In this document: piece after piece, positions 1-8,983 of the stretch
Layout of the letters: every line of letters begins with the position of its first letter
Numbering within the stretch: the stretch's first letter is position 1
Virus record (IMG/VR): IMGVR_UViG_641509421_000001
Location: 6,580-70,579 of that record
Origin: a virus
Taxonomy: Duplodnaviria; Caudoviricetes
Strand: one strand, 5' to 3'
Length of the DNA: 64,000 bases
Notes under the pieces: generated by a model
The model's input: the letters and a program-made list of their open reading frames with translations, nothing else
Databases searched by the model: none
What the model was told of the DNA's origin: nothing
Position numbers and translations under genes: made by a program

Positions 1-510
1 CATTACAGTGCTCTCTTACGTGTGCGATTTTTAAAGAGCTCCCGAGCTGAGGGTGCTCCCAACATGACAGATAAAACGAGAGGTGACAGTTTTTGTTCGA
101 TCTGCTAGTCATTACAGTGCTCTCTTACGTGTGCGATTTTTAAAGAGCTCCCGAGCTGAGGGTGCTCCCAACATGACAGATAAAACGAGAGGTGACAGTT
201 TTTGTTCGATCTGCTAGTCATTACAGTGCTCTCTTACGTGTGCGATTTTTAAAGAGCTCCCGAGCTGAGGGTGCTCCCAACATGACAGATAAAACGAGAG
301 GTGACAGTTTTTGTTCGATCTGCTAGTCATTACAGTGCTCTCTTACGTGTGCGATTTTTAAAGAGCTCCCGAGCTGAGGGTGCTCCCAACATGACAGATA
401 AAACGAGAGGTGACAGTTTTTGTTCGATCTGCTAGTCATTACAGTGCTCTCTTACGTGTGCGATTTTTAAAGAGCTCCCGAGCTGAGGGTGCTCCCAACA
501 TGACAGATAA
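1..510. repeat. Perfect tandem array of a 109-bp unit (4 full copies plus 74 bp; truncated by window start)
   Basis: Unit CATTACAGTG...CTGCTAGT starts at 1, 110, 219, 328 and 437; identity ends at 510; no spacers. Confidence 0.97.
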
Positions 511-533
511 TTGAGGAGATTTTCAGAAAAGAG

Positions 534-563
534 TTGACATTGCAGACATGACAGCGTAAACCT
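534..563 (+). promoter_or_regulatory. Possible SigA-type promoter
   Basis: TTGACA at 534-539, imperfect -10 TAAACC at 17 bp; SD GAAAGGAG before ATG 607. Confidence 0.45.
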
Positions 564-606
564 GAAGGGGTAAGCGAGCAGAAAACCAACCGAAAGGAGA
601 CTCGCA

Positions 607-1056
607 ATGCACAAGAATTTTGACGAGAAGAGAGCCTCAGCATCAGACCCTAAGGCCGATTTCAACTATGGATTTTCCGAAGGAACACTAGTGATCAGGA
701 TCTCGGATGTTGTCAGGAACGCCTGCGACATTAAACCAGGCGGTCGAGTATGGGGAAACGCCTTCCACCTGAAGGCCAAGGATCTCCCAGGGGCGAGAAT
801 CTATAAGGGAACGTGGGTGGCCCCGGCAAAGGAACTGGCGGAGCTCGTGTCTTCACGAGGCGACCTCCCGAAGGCAGAAGAAACCCTCCGAGCGCTAGTT
901 CACGCGATCCGCATGGAGAGGATTGAAGGCTCAGAGGTTTGGCTGAAAGCTCAACAGGATCGGCTGGACGAGATTACCGCGAGGGAGCGAGAAGAACGAG
1001 AGTCCCGAATGAAGGCGCTGCTGGAGAGCGTATTGGATTGGGAGGAGGAAGAATGA
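607..1056 (+). CDS. Hypothetical protein, paralog of next gene (possibly BRO-N-like)
   Basis: Strong SD; aligns by eye with 1053-1517. Confidence 0.8.
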   Translation: MHKNFDEKRASASDPKADFNYGFSEGTLVIRISDVVRNACDIKPGGRVWGNAFHLKAKDLPGARIYKGTWVAPAKELAELVSSRGDLPKAEETLRALVHAIRMERIEGSEVWLKAQQDRLDEITAREREERESRMKALLESVLDWEEEE

Positions 1057-1517
1057 AGGCGGAACCGAAAGAAGAGGGAGTCTATGAAACCGAGATCAGG
1101 AAGGTCAGAACAGAAGAGGTTGAGGGGGAGCTATTTTCCTCGGTCCGGGACGCGTTAAGGATGGCCTGCGGAATACTCTGCGGGGACAGAGGTGTGTGGG
1201 AAAGGCCTTTCTTAGAGGCGATAGAGATCCCTGGGGCTATTAAGTACGAGGGATTAACGTTCGCTCCAGCATTTGACCTAGCCGAGTTTGTCGCCACCTG
1301 CACGGAGCTTCCGAACTTTGCCGAGGCTTGCGAGTCGATCCTCGACGCAGCGGAAGAAATTAAGCAGCGCGAGGCAATTTCTCAAAAGAGCAGAGAGCTC
1401 GTGTTGAGGGCCAGAAAAGCCAAGGAGGAAATGCCTAGGCTGAGAGATAAGAGCTTAGACGAGCTGGCAATTCCAAGTCCAACCGCATCAATTGACAACC
1501 AACAGCGGAACCTGTAG
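1053..1517 (+). CDS. BRO-N-like putative DNA-binding protein
   Basis: ATGA overlap, SD GGAGGA; VRTEEVEGELFSSVRDALR resembles BRO-N N-terminus (family call tentative). Confidence 0.7.
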   Translation: MKAEPKEEGVYETEIRKVRTEEVEGELFSSVRDALRMACGILCGDRGVWERPFLEAIEIPGAIKYEGLTFAPAFDLAEFVATCTELPNFAEACESILDAAEEIKQREAISQKSRELVLRARKAKEEMPRLRDKSLDELAIPSPTASIDNQQRNL

Positions 1518-1520
1518 ACT
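1492..1520 (+). promoter_or_regulatory. SigA-type promoter
   Basis: TTGACA-17-TAGACT with TG extension. Confidence 0.7.
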
Positions 1521-1560
1521 GATTCAGGTAAGCGAGACACACATACATCAAGGAGGAAAC

Positions 1561-2238
1561 ATGGATTACTTTGAAAATTTCATGGAAGAGGCAGAAAAAT
1601 TCCTGGAGCGAGCCGACGCGCTCCTAGAGGAGATTACTAAGGAGCAGGAGCCAGAAAAGAAGGGAGTATCCTGGGACGAGCTTTCGGACTGGGTTGCCGA
1701 GTCAGAGGGGGTTCAGGAGTTCGAGGAGGACACTGATGCTGAACAGCCGGTGTACGTCACGAAGGAAGCTGACCTACACGCCGAGTGCGAGAACTGTGAG
1801 CAATGTGGAGAATGCGGATGCGACGAGTACCTCAATCATGATAGCTACGACGAGGAGTTCTGGGAATGGATCGAGGAAGAGCGTGAGCAGGAAGACGAGT
1901 GGGATGCCTCCGAGCGGATCTCCCTGCTAGATTATCGAGAGGGTCTGTTCCGTCACCTGAGGGAGCAGAACCCGAAAAACGGAAACGATAAGCTATTTCT
2001 ACTTACTAACATCGTCTCCGATCTGGTCTGGGAGATCGCAGAGGGCCCAGATGTCGTTACTTTCGGAGAGAACCCCGAAGATCGCAGAGCGGGCCTGATC
2101 TCCAGCGCTCACAGGACCATCGAAGGGTCAAGCTATCTCCTAGCCTTAATCGAGGAGAGCCTTGGCTCAATAAGCGTCTACGTGAACCTTCACGACGCGG
2201 AGACCGAGATTCAGAAATACCTTAAGGGGAAGAACTAA
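1561..2238 (+). CDS. Highly acidic hypothetical protein with Cys cluster
   Basis: SD AGGAGG, ATG 1561; CENCEQCGECGC motif. Confidence 0.85.
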   Translation: MDYFENFMEEAEKFLERADALLEEITKEQEPEKKGVSWDELSDWVAESEGVQEFEEDTDAEQPVYVTKEADLHAECENCEQCGECGCDEYLNHDSYDEEFWEWIEEEREQEDEWDASERISLLDYREGLFRHLREQNPKNGNDKLFLLTNIVSDLVWEIAEGPDVVTFGENPEDRRAGLISSAHRTIEGSSYLLALIEESLGSISVYVNLHDAETEIQKYLKGKN

Positions 2239-2592
2239 ATGAACGACTATAAGATTTTTGACCTGTCCTTGCCGGACAACTACATCATGGAGCTCAGCAT
2301 TGACGATCTCCACACTCTCCTGGCGGAGTCCAGTCAGGCCTGGGATGACCTCGAAGCAGAACTGGACGAGCTGATGTGGGCTGATGATCCGCGAGGGAGT
2401 GGCTTCTTGGCCTACACACCAGCCCCTCCTAGCGAGTACACCTACCATCCATCCCTATACGGACCTCAAATTGACGCAGACCCTAGCTTCCGTAAAAAGT
2501 TGGGAAGAGCGGAACAGCTAGCCTCTCTCGCTGGCTCAGCACGAGCTATCCGAGAGACCGTACTGATGGTTTTGGAGGGTCGGAATGCGTGA
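2239..2592 (+). CDS. Hypothetical protein
   Basis: Abuts upstream stop, SD AAGGGG. Confidence 0.8.
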   Translation: MNDYKIFDLSLPDNYIMELSIDDLHTLLAESSQAWDDLEAELDELMWADDPRGSGFLAYTPAPPSEYTYHPSLYGPQIDADPSFRKKLGRAEQLASLAGSARAIRETVLMVLEGRNA

Positions 2593-2788
2593 TCTGCGTG
2601 ACGAGGTAGAGGAGCTATTCGAGAGCGCTCTACCGGAGAATGAAGAGCTTGTAGAGGTGGTTTATATCGCCTTAACGAAGCGACCAGAGAATGTCGAAGG
2701 CCAATATAACTTCACGATTGGCGCAGGAAAGCAAAACCAGAACGACATCAGAAAGCAAATGTTACTTAAAGCAATGGAGGTATTTTAA
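2585..2788 (+). CDS. Hypothetical protein
   Basis: SD GGAGGG, 8-bp overlap with upstream gene. Confidence 0.75.
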   Translation: MRDLRDEVEELFESALPENEELVEVVYIALTKRPENVEGQYNFTIGAGKQNQNDIRKQMLLKAMEVF

Positions 2789-2789
2789 T

Positions 2790-4613
2790 ATGGCGAATTT
2801 CGTTGATCGGAAAATCGTGCTGACTGCAAAGCCGGTGCTGACCATTGAGGGGCAGGAGCATCTCGCAAATCTCTATGAAAATGCCGGTGCGAACCGGCAT
2901 GACCTAGACCGGAACGTATCTGAATCTTCCCCCTGTGCAGCTGTCATCGCCACAGCAGCGGGACGAGGCTGCTACCGCAGCTGGGATGTCCCTAATGAGG
3001 CGACCAACAGCACAGAGGAGTACCTCAAGAACATCCTCCGTCAGAAGCATCACTGCTACAGCTCGGATACTGAGGTTCTAACTTCCGAGGGATGGAAAAG
3101 GTGGGAGGAAGTCTCAATGAACGACTCCTTTGCAACCCTCTCTGCGTCGGGGCAGGTCGAATATCAATACCCCTCGGAAGTTATTCAGGAGGAGTACCAA
3201 GGAGATATGGTAAGAGCTAAGGCTAAGGGGGTTGACCTCCTAGTCACCCCGAACCATAAGATGCTTGCCTGCATCACAACCACTAGGGCCGGGAGGAGAA
3301 AAGAGAACTTCTCCCTAATCCCTGCTGACCAGCTCATCGGGGTCTCTCATGCCTATAAGAAGGACGGGGATTGGAGGGCCTCGGGATCTGGAGCAGGAGA
3401 GGATTTCGCCTGGCTAGTCGGATTCTTTGCGGGTGACGGAAGTATACAGGGCAAATGGGACAACCAGATTGAGTTCCACATGTCCAAGGCCAGAAAGATG
3501 TCGGCACTCTCAAAGGCTATCCAAGCTCTAGGGTGGAAGATGTCAGCAAGGTATGAAAAGCAGAGGGAGGATACCGGCCACTTCTCCATTTTTCTCCCTG
3601 AGGACAAGGTTGAATTCTTCCGAAGCTTCTACGACGAAGACAGCCAAAAGAGAATCCCCCAAGAGTTCATAATGTCCCTAAACAAGGAGGAAAGCCTAGC
3701 CCTCCTTCAGGGAATGATAGATTCTGACGGGTCAGTGACCAATGAGTCGGGGACAGGAAGAGTCTTTGACTCCACCTCAAAGAGTCTCCGCGACGCATTC
3801 TCTCAAGTAGCCTTGCACGCAGGTTTTGCAGCGAACGAGGTCGAGGGGTCAACCGTAATCGCCGGGACGGAGGTAGAGATTAACGGAATGAAGACTACGC
3901 TGGCTAGAGACTGCAAGAGAGTCAGCCTTTCCGAGAGGAACCTCCGGCCAGAGATAGGAAAGAAGGATAGCGGGGCCAGCAAGACCTCTTACGGCTGGGA
4001 GAAGTATTCTGGAACGGTATATTGCGCCACAGTCCCGAACCACACTCTTTACGTCAGGAGGAATGGGAAGCCTGTCTGGTCCGGGAACTCTGTGCTGGAG
4101 CACACCAGCTTCACGTTCCATATTGAGAATGTGTCGAGAGCAGCAACGCACGAGATCGTTCGACACCGACACTTTGGGTTCTCTCAGGAGTCTCAGCGCT
4201 TCGTGCTGGACAAGCGAGGCCGAGACATTGTGTGCCCTCCTCTCCTGAGAGAAAACAAGGAAGCTCAAGTGTGGCTAAATAACCTGGCTGACGAAGCTTT
4301 CGATATTCGAGACAGTCTCGTATCTAAGATCAAGGGTGAGCGCGATGACCTCAAGCGAAAGGAGATTGTGGAGGCTGCGCGAGCTGTCCTGCCGAATGCA
4401 GCAGCGACAAGCCTGTTCGTAACAGGTAACGCTCGTTCGTGGATGGAGTTCATTGACAAGCGAGATTCTCCAGCAGCAGACGCAGAGATCCGAGAGGTAG
4501 CTCAAGAGATCCACGAGCAGCTGGCAGAGGCCTTCCCTGAGATCTTCGGTGAAGAAGCAACTAAGCTATGGCGAGGAATTTCCAACCAAGAAGGAGTAAA
4601 GAATGACAAATAA
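2790..4613 (+). CDS. thyX: Flavin-dependent thymidylate synthase ThyX, intein-containing
   Basis: HxSVLEH (split by intein), SRAATHEIVRHRHFGFSQESQRF, ARAVLPNA, GNARSW motifs; SD GGAGG before ATG 2790. Confidence 0.95.
   Translation: MANFVDRKIVLTAKPVLTIEGQEHLANLYENAGANRHDLDRNVSESSPCAAVIATAAGRGCYRSWDVPNEATNSTEEYLKNILRQKHHCYSSDTEVLTSEGWKRWEEVSMNDSFATLSASGQVEYQYPSEVIQEEYQGDMVRAKAKGVDLLVTPNHKMLACITTTRAGRRKENFSLIPADQLIGVSHAYKKDGDWRASGSGAGEDFAWLVGFFAGDGSIQGKWDNQIEFHMSKARKMSALSKAIQALGWKMSARYEKQREDTGHFSIFLPEDKVEFFRSFYDEDSQKRIPQEFIMSLNKEESLALLQGMIDSDGSVTNESGTGRVFDSTSKSLRDAFSQVALHAGFAANEVEGSTVIAGTEVEINGMKTTLARDCKRVSLSERNLRPEIGKKDSGASKTSYGWEKYSGTVYCATVPNHTLYVRRNGKPVWSGNSVLEHTSFTFHIENVSRAATHEIVRHRHFGFSQESQRFVLDKRGRDIVCPPLLRENKEAQVWLNNLADEAFDIRDSLVSKIKGERDDLKRKEIVEAARAVLPNAAATSLFVTGNARSWMEFIDKRDSPAADAEIREVAQEIHEQLAEAFPEIFGEEATKLWRGISNQEGVKNDK
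3054..4088 (+). mobile_element. Intein in ThyX with LAGLIDADG endonuclease (345 aa)
   Basis: Starts CYSSDTEVLT, block B VTPNH, LVGFFAGDG and LQGMIDSDG, ends WSGN|S. Confidence 0.95.
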
Positions 4614-5025
4614 CCGACTATCGCTGGCAGTTCGAGATCTGGCCCTTGAGGTTCGCGACTGGAATGAGAAGGCGGGACAGCTAGACGATTGCGAGAGTGT
4701 ATACTCTAACGACGAGGACAGAGAGCTGGCTCTAGTAATTATCCGAGAGGAAGTTGACGAGCTAGAAGAGGCCCTGAAAGAGGGTGACGAGGTAGAGGTC
4801 GTAGACGCTGTATGCGACATCATCTTTACCGCTCTCGGAGCAGCAGCTAAGGCTGACGTGAGCCAGTACATTGAAGCCTGCATGCTAGAGGTCATGAGGT
4901 CCAACAACTCTAAGCTCGAAGGTAAGCGAGAGGTGAAGCCTAACGGCAAGCTCGGCAAGGGGGCTAAGTACCGCCCTCCGCAGATCGGGGAGATCATGAA
5001 TCGAATTGACACCATCGGCTACTAA
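4603..5025 (+). CDS. MazG-like nucleotide pyrophosphohydrolase
   Basis: IREEVDEL..EVVDAVCDIIF..EVMRSNNSK..GKLGKG..YRPP. Confidence 0.85.
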   Translation: MTNNRLSLAVRDLALEVRDWNEKAGQLDDCESVYSNDEDRELALVIIREEVDELEEALKEGDEVEVVDAVCDIIFTALGAAAKADVSQYIEACMLEVMRSNNSKLEGKREVKPNGKLGKGAKYRPPQIGEIMNRIDTIGY

Positions 5026-5033
5026 TAGCTAAA

Positions 5034-5060
5034 GAGAAGGCCCTTCGGGGTCTTCTTTTT
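5034..5060 (+). terminator. Rho-independent terminator
   Basis: GAAGGCCC-TTCG-GGGTCTTC then T5. Confidence 0.85.
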
Positions 5061-5082
5061 GTATCAACACAAAGGAGAAAGC

Positions 5083-5548
5083 ATGGAAGAGTGGAAAGAC
5101 ATTAATGGATACGAAGGCTACTACCAAGTATCGAATTATGGACGAGTAAGGAGTCTTGATAGGGTGGTTCCTCACGCCAAAGGAGAACTCTCAAGACACC
5201 ATCAGGCACGGAAACAACTACTGGATGAATCGGACGCATTGCAAGAATGGACATGAGCTTAAAGAGGGAACTCTCCGGCTAGACAACAATGGAAAAACTA
5301 GGACTTGTCGTATGTGTGAGAGAAGAAGAGACCGAGAGGGCTACGTAAGAGCAAAAGCGAAAGGAGCACACCCTAACACTCTCAATGGCTTAAAAACTCA
5401 CTGTCCGCAAGGTCACGAATACACCCCAGAAAACACCTCTCAGGGGTCGAAAGATAGAAAGCACCGCAAATGCAAGACCTGCAACCGTAATCGAGAGCGT
5501 GAGAGAAGATCTAGGCTGAAGGCCGAGAAAGTTGCTCGTGAGGGGTGA
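5083..5548 (+). pseudogene. NUMOD4-HNH homing endonuclease remnant with internal deletion and frameshift
   Basis: NUMOD4 EEWKDINGYEGYYQVSNYGRVRS in one frame; TPKENSQD plus two THCxxGH..CxxC modules in another; HNH core absent. Confidence 0.8.
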
Positions 5549-5561
5549 CATGTGATAGAAT
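5532..5561 (+). promoter_or_regulatory. Possible promoter for the packaging/structural operon
   Basis: TTGCTC-18-TAGAAT with TG extension. Confidence 0.45.
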
Positions 5562-5608
5562 ATAGGGTGACAATGTTCATCCTATAGGAAAGGAGGTTGA
5601 CCCCAACT

Positions 5609-5803
5609 ATGGCTAGAGCTTCAGGACGCGGAGGAAAAGGACGCGGGAAAAGAAGACTTTCCACGGCAAAGAAAGGCCACGGAAAAGCAGGCTCCCGTTG
5701 GGGTCACTAGCTCGGCTTTAAGCCGAAGAACGCTGTGGCCCGTCAACTAAAGGCGAAGACATACAAGAAGCGGGGCGTTAAGTCCCGAAGGAAGAAAAGG
5801 TAA
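5609..5803 (+). CDS. Small highly basic K/R/G-rich protein interrupted by in-frame TAG (5708-5710)
   Basis: SD GAAAGGAGG; MARASGRGGKGRGKRRLSTAKKGHGKAGSRWGH*LGFKPKNAVARQLKAKTYKKRGVKSRRKKR then TAA. Confidence 0.75.
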
Positions 5804-5814
5804 GGAGGGGGAGA

Positions 5815-6234
5815 TTGGCAAAATATTGTACGTGGGTAACTGAGGAGCCAAGATACCAGCAGTGTCATAACCTGGCTATTGCTGGGACTTATCGGTGCGC
5901 TGAACATCCAGCGCAGAAGATTCGGCGCATAGGAAATCTCTCTCAAGCTCAGAAGGAAGCTATCCGAGCCAGAGATAACCATTCGTGCGCCGTGTGCGGG
6001 GAGAGAGCAAATGACGTAGATCACATTCAGGAGCTTTCAACATTCTCTCATGAGGACCTATGGAAGGCTAATCTCCCCTCCAACCTTCAACTTCTATGTG
6101 ACAAACATCACAAAAAGAAGAACAAGGAGTTCGCCAAGGAGAAGAGACCAGAGATGTTCGTGTATGACCACTCGGTTTCTCCTAGAGCGAATAAAAAGAG
6201 AAGAATGAGGATCGAAGGCTATGGCATTTATTGA
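5815..6234 (+). CDS. HNH endonuclease (terminase-adjacent)
   Basis: RARDNHSCAVC..VDHI..NLQLLCDKHH. Confidence 0.92.
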   Translation: MAKYCTWVTEEPRYQQCHNLAIAGTYRCAEHPAQKIRRIGNLSQAQKEAIRARDNHSCAVCGERANDVDHIQELSTFSHEDLWKANLPSNLQLLCDKHHKKKNKEFAKEKRPEMFVYDHSVSPRANKKRRMRIEGYGIY

Positions 6235-8983
6235 TATTGATAGAGCCGAGATCATCGTTCCTCCTCCAGCTCGTGACGCAGATGGGAAAATTACCCCCTG
6301 GCCTACACTAGGCCCTCAACTTATTGAATTTTTCGAGTCCCACTTCGTCTACGGACCAGGAACTCTGAAGGGTAAGCCTTACGTCGTTCGCCGTGAGTTC
6401 AGATACCTACTTATGCGCCTGTACGAACACTATCCAGAGGGAACAGTGTTCGATGATGACGGAGAAATTACTGATATGTCAGGCCGAAGAGCTTATGACA
6501 GAGCAGCTATTTCCCTCCCAAAAGGATCAGCAAAGTGTCTAGACCCAGAGACCGAACTAATCCTTGAGTCTGGAGCGAGAGTAAAGGCGAAGGATCTCAA
6601 GGCAGGAGACTCCGTTCAGTCATACAAGGACGGAGAGGTAGTTTACCGCAGAGTTATGGCCGTCGAAGAGCAGCCAGAGGCGATGACGTACCGCGTCGAG
6701 ACCGACCACGGAAGATCCATTACCGTCTCGGAAGGCCACCCGTTCCTGGTATCAGGGACTCAGTGGAGGCCAGGTATGCCGAAGTACCACAAGTATACGG
6801 CAAACGACCCTAAGGCGGGAGTGGAGTCCTGGAGTAAGGTGGAGGACCTAAGGAAGGGTGATCGGCTAGTTCCAGCTTTAGGATGGAAGAAGTCTCTAGA
6901 TGGAGACCAAGAGCTTGGATGGGTGTTAGGCGTTATCGCTGGAGACGCATCTGGAGATGGAAGATTCTCTAACGGGGACTCAGAGATCACAGATAGGCTG
7001 TCTAAGAGTTATGAGCTAACAAGGATAGATAGCACCAGCGAAAACTCGACCGACTGGTACATCAGAGGGGTTAGACCCCTCATGCGGGAGCATGGACTTT
7101 TCGGAAAGAACGCTTACGAAAAGAGAGTGCCTGAAGCTGTGATGTCAGGAGATCGAGAGATCGCTTTAGGCTATCTAGCAGGAATGCTGGATACCGATGG
7201 ATGCACCGCATGTAAGCCAGGCGAGGGTGGGAAGACTGTCCGAGTGGCAGAGTGGTACTCAGTATCCGAGGATAATATGAGAGACCTCCAGCTTCTCCTG
7301 GCATCTGTGGGGTACAATGCAGATGTCAGGGTTAAGAAGTCCACCTACAAAGGGGAGCCATTCACCTCATGGACGGTAGTAATTAGCAATAAAATGGACC
7401 TAGCTCGCCTAGCCAGGGAATTGCCCGTCACAAGAGAGCGGAACGTAGAGAACTTCAAAGAGTTTAGAAAGGTAGCCTCTAAGGGCTCCTTCGGAGACGT
7501 TAGCTTAGACAAGGTATCTTCAGTGACTCCTATCGGGTTAGCTAAGACTATCGGAGTTGAGGTAGAGGACACACATGTTCACGTAACAAATGGACTGGTA
7601 ACTCACAATACAGAGCTCATGGCGCTTATTTGCTTGGCGGAACTTCACCCAGACGCTCCAGTTCGCTTTAACGGTTACGACCCGAAGGCTCCAGGAGGTC
7701 TTGCTCCTGGCAGGTCAGTAACCTCTCCTTATATCCCTCTCCTAGCTCCTACTAAGGAACAGTTGGACGACTTGGCATTTGGTGTCGCTTCAGAAGTGGC
7801 CATAATGATGGATGACTCCGACCTGTTCGACGTGAACAAGGAACGAATTATGCGAGTTGGGGAGGCAGACTCTAAGATCGTCCCTATCGCCAACAACGCT
7901 GGCGCTGCCGATGGTAAGAAACCTACATTCCAGGGCATTGACGAGCCTCACCGACTTACTCAAGACAGGCAGATTCAGACCTACACTACGATGGGAGAGA
8001 ACCTCCCTAAGCGATACGCTGACGATCCCTGGCAGTTGTCAGTAACTACCGCTGGAGATCCCTCAGAGGACTCAATTGCTCGAAGAGACTTCCTTCATGG
8101 CATGAGAATCTACAGAGGAGAGATCGAGCAGCCGAGAATGTTCTTCTATCACAGAGGAACGACAGACGAGAATGCTAAATTTGACACTATAGGTCAAAGA
8201 ATCCGAGCTCTTAAGGAGGCCTCTGGCGAGGAGGCATCTAAGTTCAGGGATCTAAGGTCTGTGGCCCTTAAGTGGGATGAAGAGTCCTCAGACAAGGCAT
8301 ATCTGGAGCGAGTGTGGTGTAACCGATGGATTAAGTCGGCTAAGTCCGCCTTCGATGTAAAGGCATTTAACGCTCTAGGACATCCAGAGCTTGTTATCGA
8401 GCCTGGCTCCCGAGTGACACTGGGATTCGATGGATCGGTAAACCAGGACTCTACGGCGCTAGTTATGACGGAGATCTCGACAGGAATCCAGAATATTATT
8501 GGCCTGTGGGAGAGACCTGAAAATGTCAAGGAGTGGAGCGTTCCGGTAGGCGAAGTTGACGAGGCTGTAGATTTCTGTTTTGATAACTTTGAGGTCGTCC
8601 TCATGCACGCTGACCCTCCGTACTGGCAGTCCTACCTATCTAAATGGGAAGGCAAGTATGGAGATCGAGTGCGAGAGTGGCCTACAAGGACTACAATTAA
8701 GATGTACTACGCAATCCGAGCCTACGAGGAGGCAATCGCCTCTGGAGCCTTAGGGCACAATAGTGACGAGAGATTTAAGAGGCACATCGCGTCCGCAGGC
8801 AAGAATATGCTTGGCAGGTTTGACGATGAAGGCAAGGAAATGTACAGGCTCACTAAGGTGAGCGAAGGAAGAAAATACGACGCAGCAATGGCAGCTATTC
8901 TCAGCTGGGACGCGCGAAGCGCAGCTCTAGCTATGGGAGAAACCAGCATACCGGAAACTTTTGAACCGTGGAGGATTAGATGA
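6221..8983 (+). CDS. terL: Terminase large subunit, intein-containing
   Basis: PTLGPQ, Walker A PKGSAK|T, Walker B GIDEPH, nuclease LGFDGS..DSTAL, KYDAAMA. Confidence 0.95.
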   Translation: MAFIDIDRAEIIVPPPARDADGKITPWPTLGPQLIEFFESHFVYGPGTLKGKPYVVRREFRYLLMRLYEHYPEGTVFDDDGEITDMSGRRAYDRAAISLPKGSAKCLDPETELILESGARVKAKDLKAGDSVQSYKDGEVVYRRVMAVEEQPEAMTYRVETDHGRSITVSEGHPFLVSGTQWRPGMPKYHKYTANDPKAGVESWSKVEDLRKGDRLVPALGWKKSLDGDQELGWVLGVIAGDASGDGRFSNGDSEITDRLSKSYELTRIDSTSENSTDWYIRGVRPLMREHGLFGKNAYEKRVPEAVMSGDREIALGYLAGMLDTDGCTACKPGEGGKTVRVAEWYSVSEDNMRDLQLLLASVGYNADVRVKKSTYKGEPFTSWTVVISNKMDLARLARELPVTRERNVENFKEFRKVASKGSFGDVSLDKVSSVTPIGLAKTIGVEVEDTHVHVTNGLVTHNTELMALICLAELHPDAPVRFNGYDPKAPGGLAPGRSVTSPYIPLLAPTKEQLDDLAFGVASEVAIMMDDSDLFDVNKERIMRVGEADSKIVPIANNAGAADGKKPTFQGIDEPHRLTQDRQIQTYTTMGENLPKRYADDPWQLSVTTAGDPSEDSIARRDFLHGMRIYRGEIEQPRMFFYHRGTTDENAKFDTIGQRIRALKEASGEEASKFRDLRSVALKWDEESSDKAYLERVWCNRWIKSAKSAFDVKAFNALGHPELVIEPGSRVTLGFDGSVNQDSTALVMTEISTGIQNIIGLWERPENVKEWSVPVGEVDEAVDFCFDNFEVVLMHADPPYWQSYLSKWEGKYGDRVREWPTRTTIKMYYAIRAYEEAIASGALGHNSDERFKRHIASAGKNMLGRFDDEGKEMYRLTKVSEGRKYDAAMAAILSWDARSAALAMGETSIPETFEPWRIR
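6536..7609 (+). mobile_element. Intein in terminase with LAGLIDADG endonuclease (358 aa)
   Basis: Starts CLDPET, VSEGHPF, LAGMLDTDG, ends VTHN|T. Confidence 0.95.

Noticed and set aside
1-510. CRISPR array
   Set aside because: Units are fully identical with no unique spacers; no cas operon (the Cas4-like gene is a normal phage exonuclease)
432-665. Minus-strand 77-aa ORF
   Set aside because: Runs antisense through a promoter and into the repeat; no support
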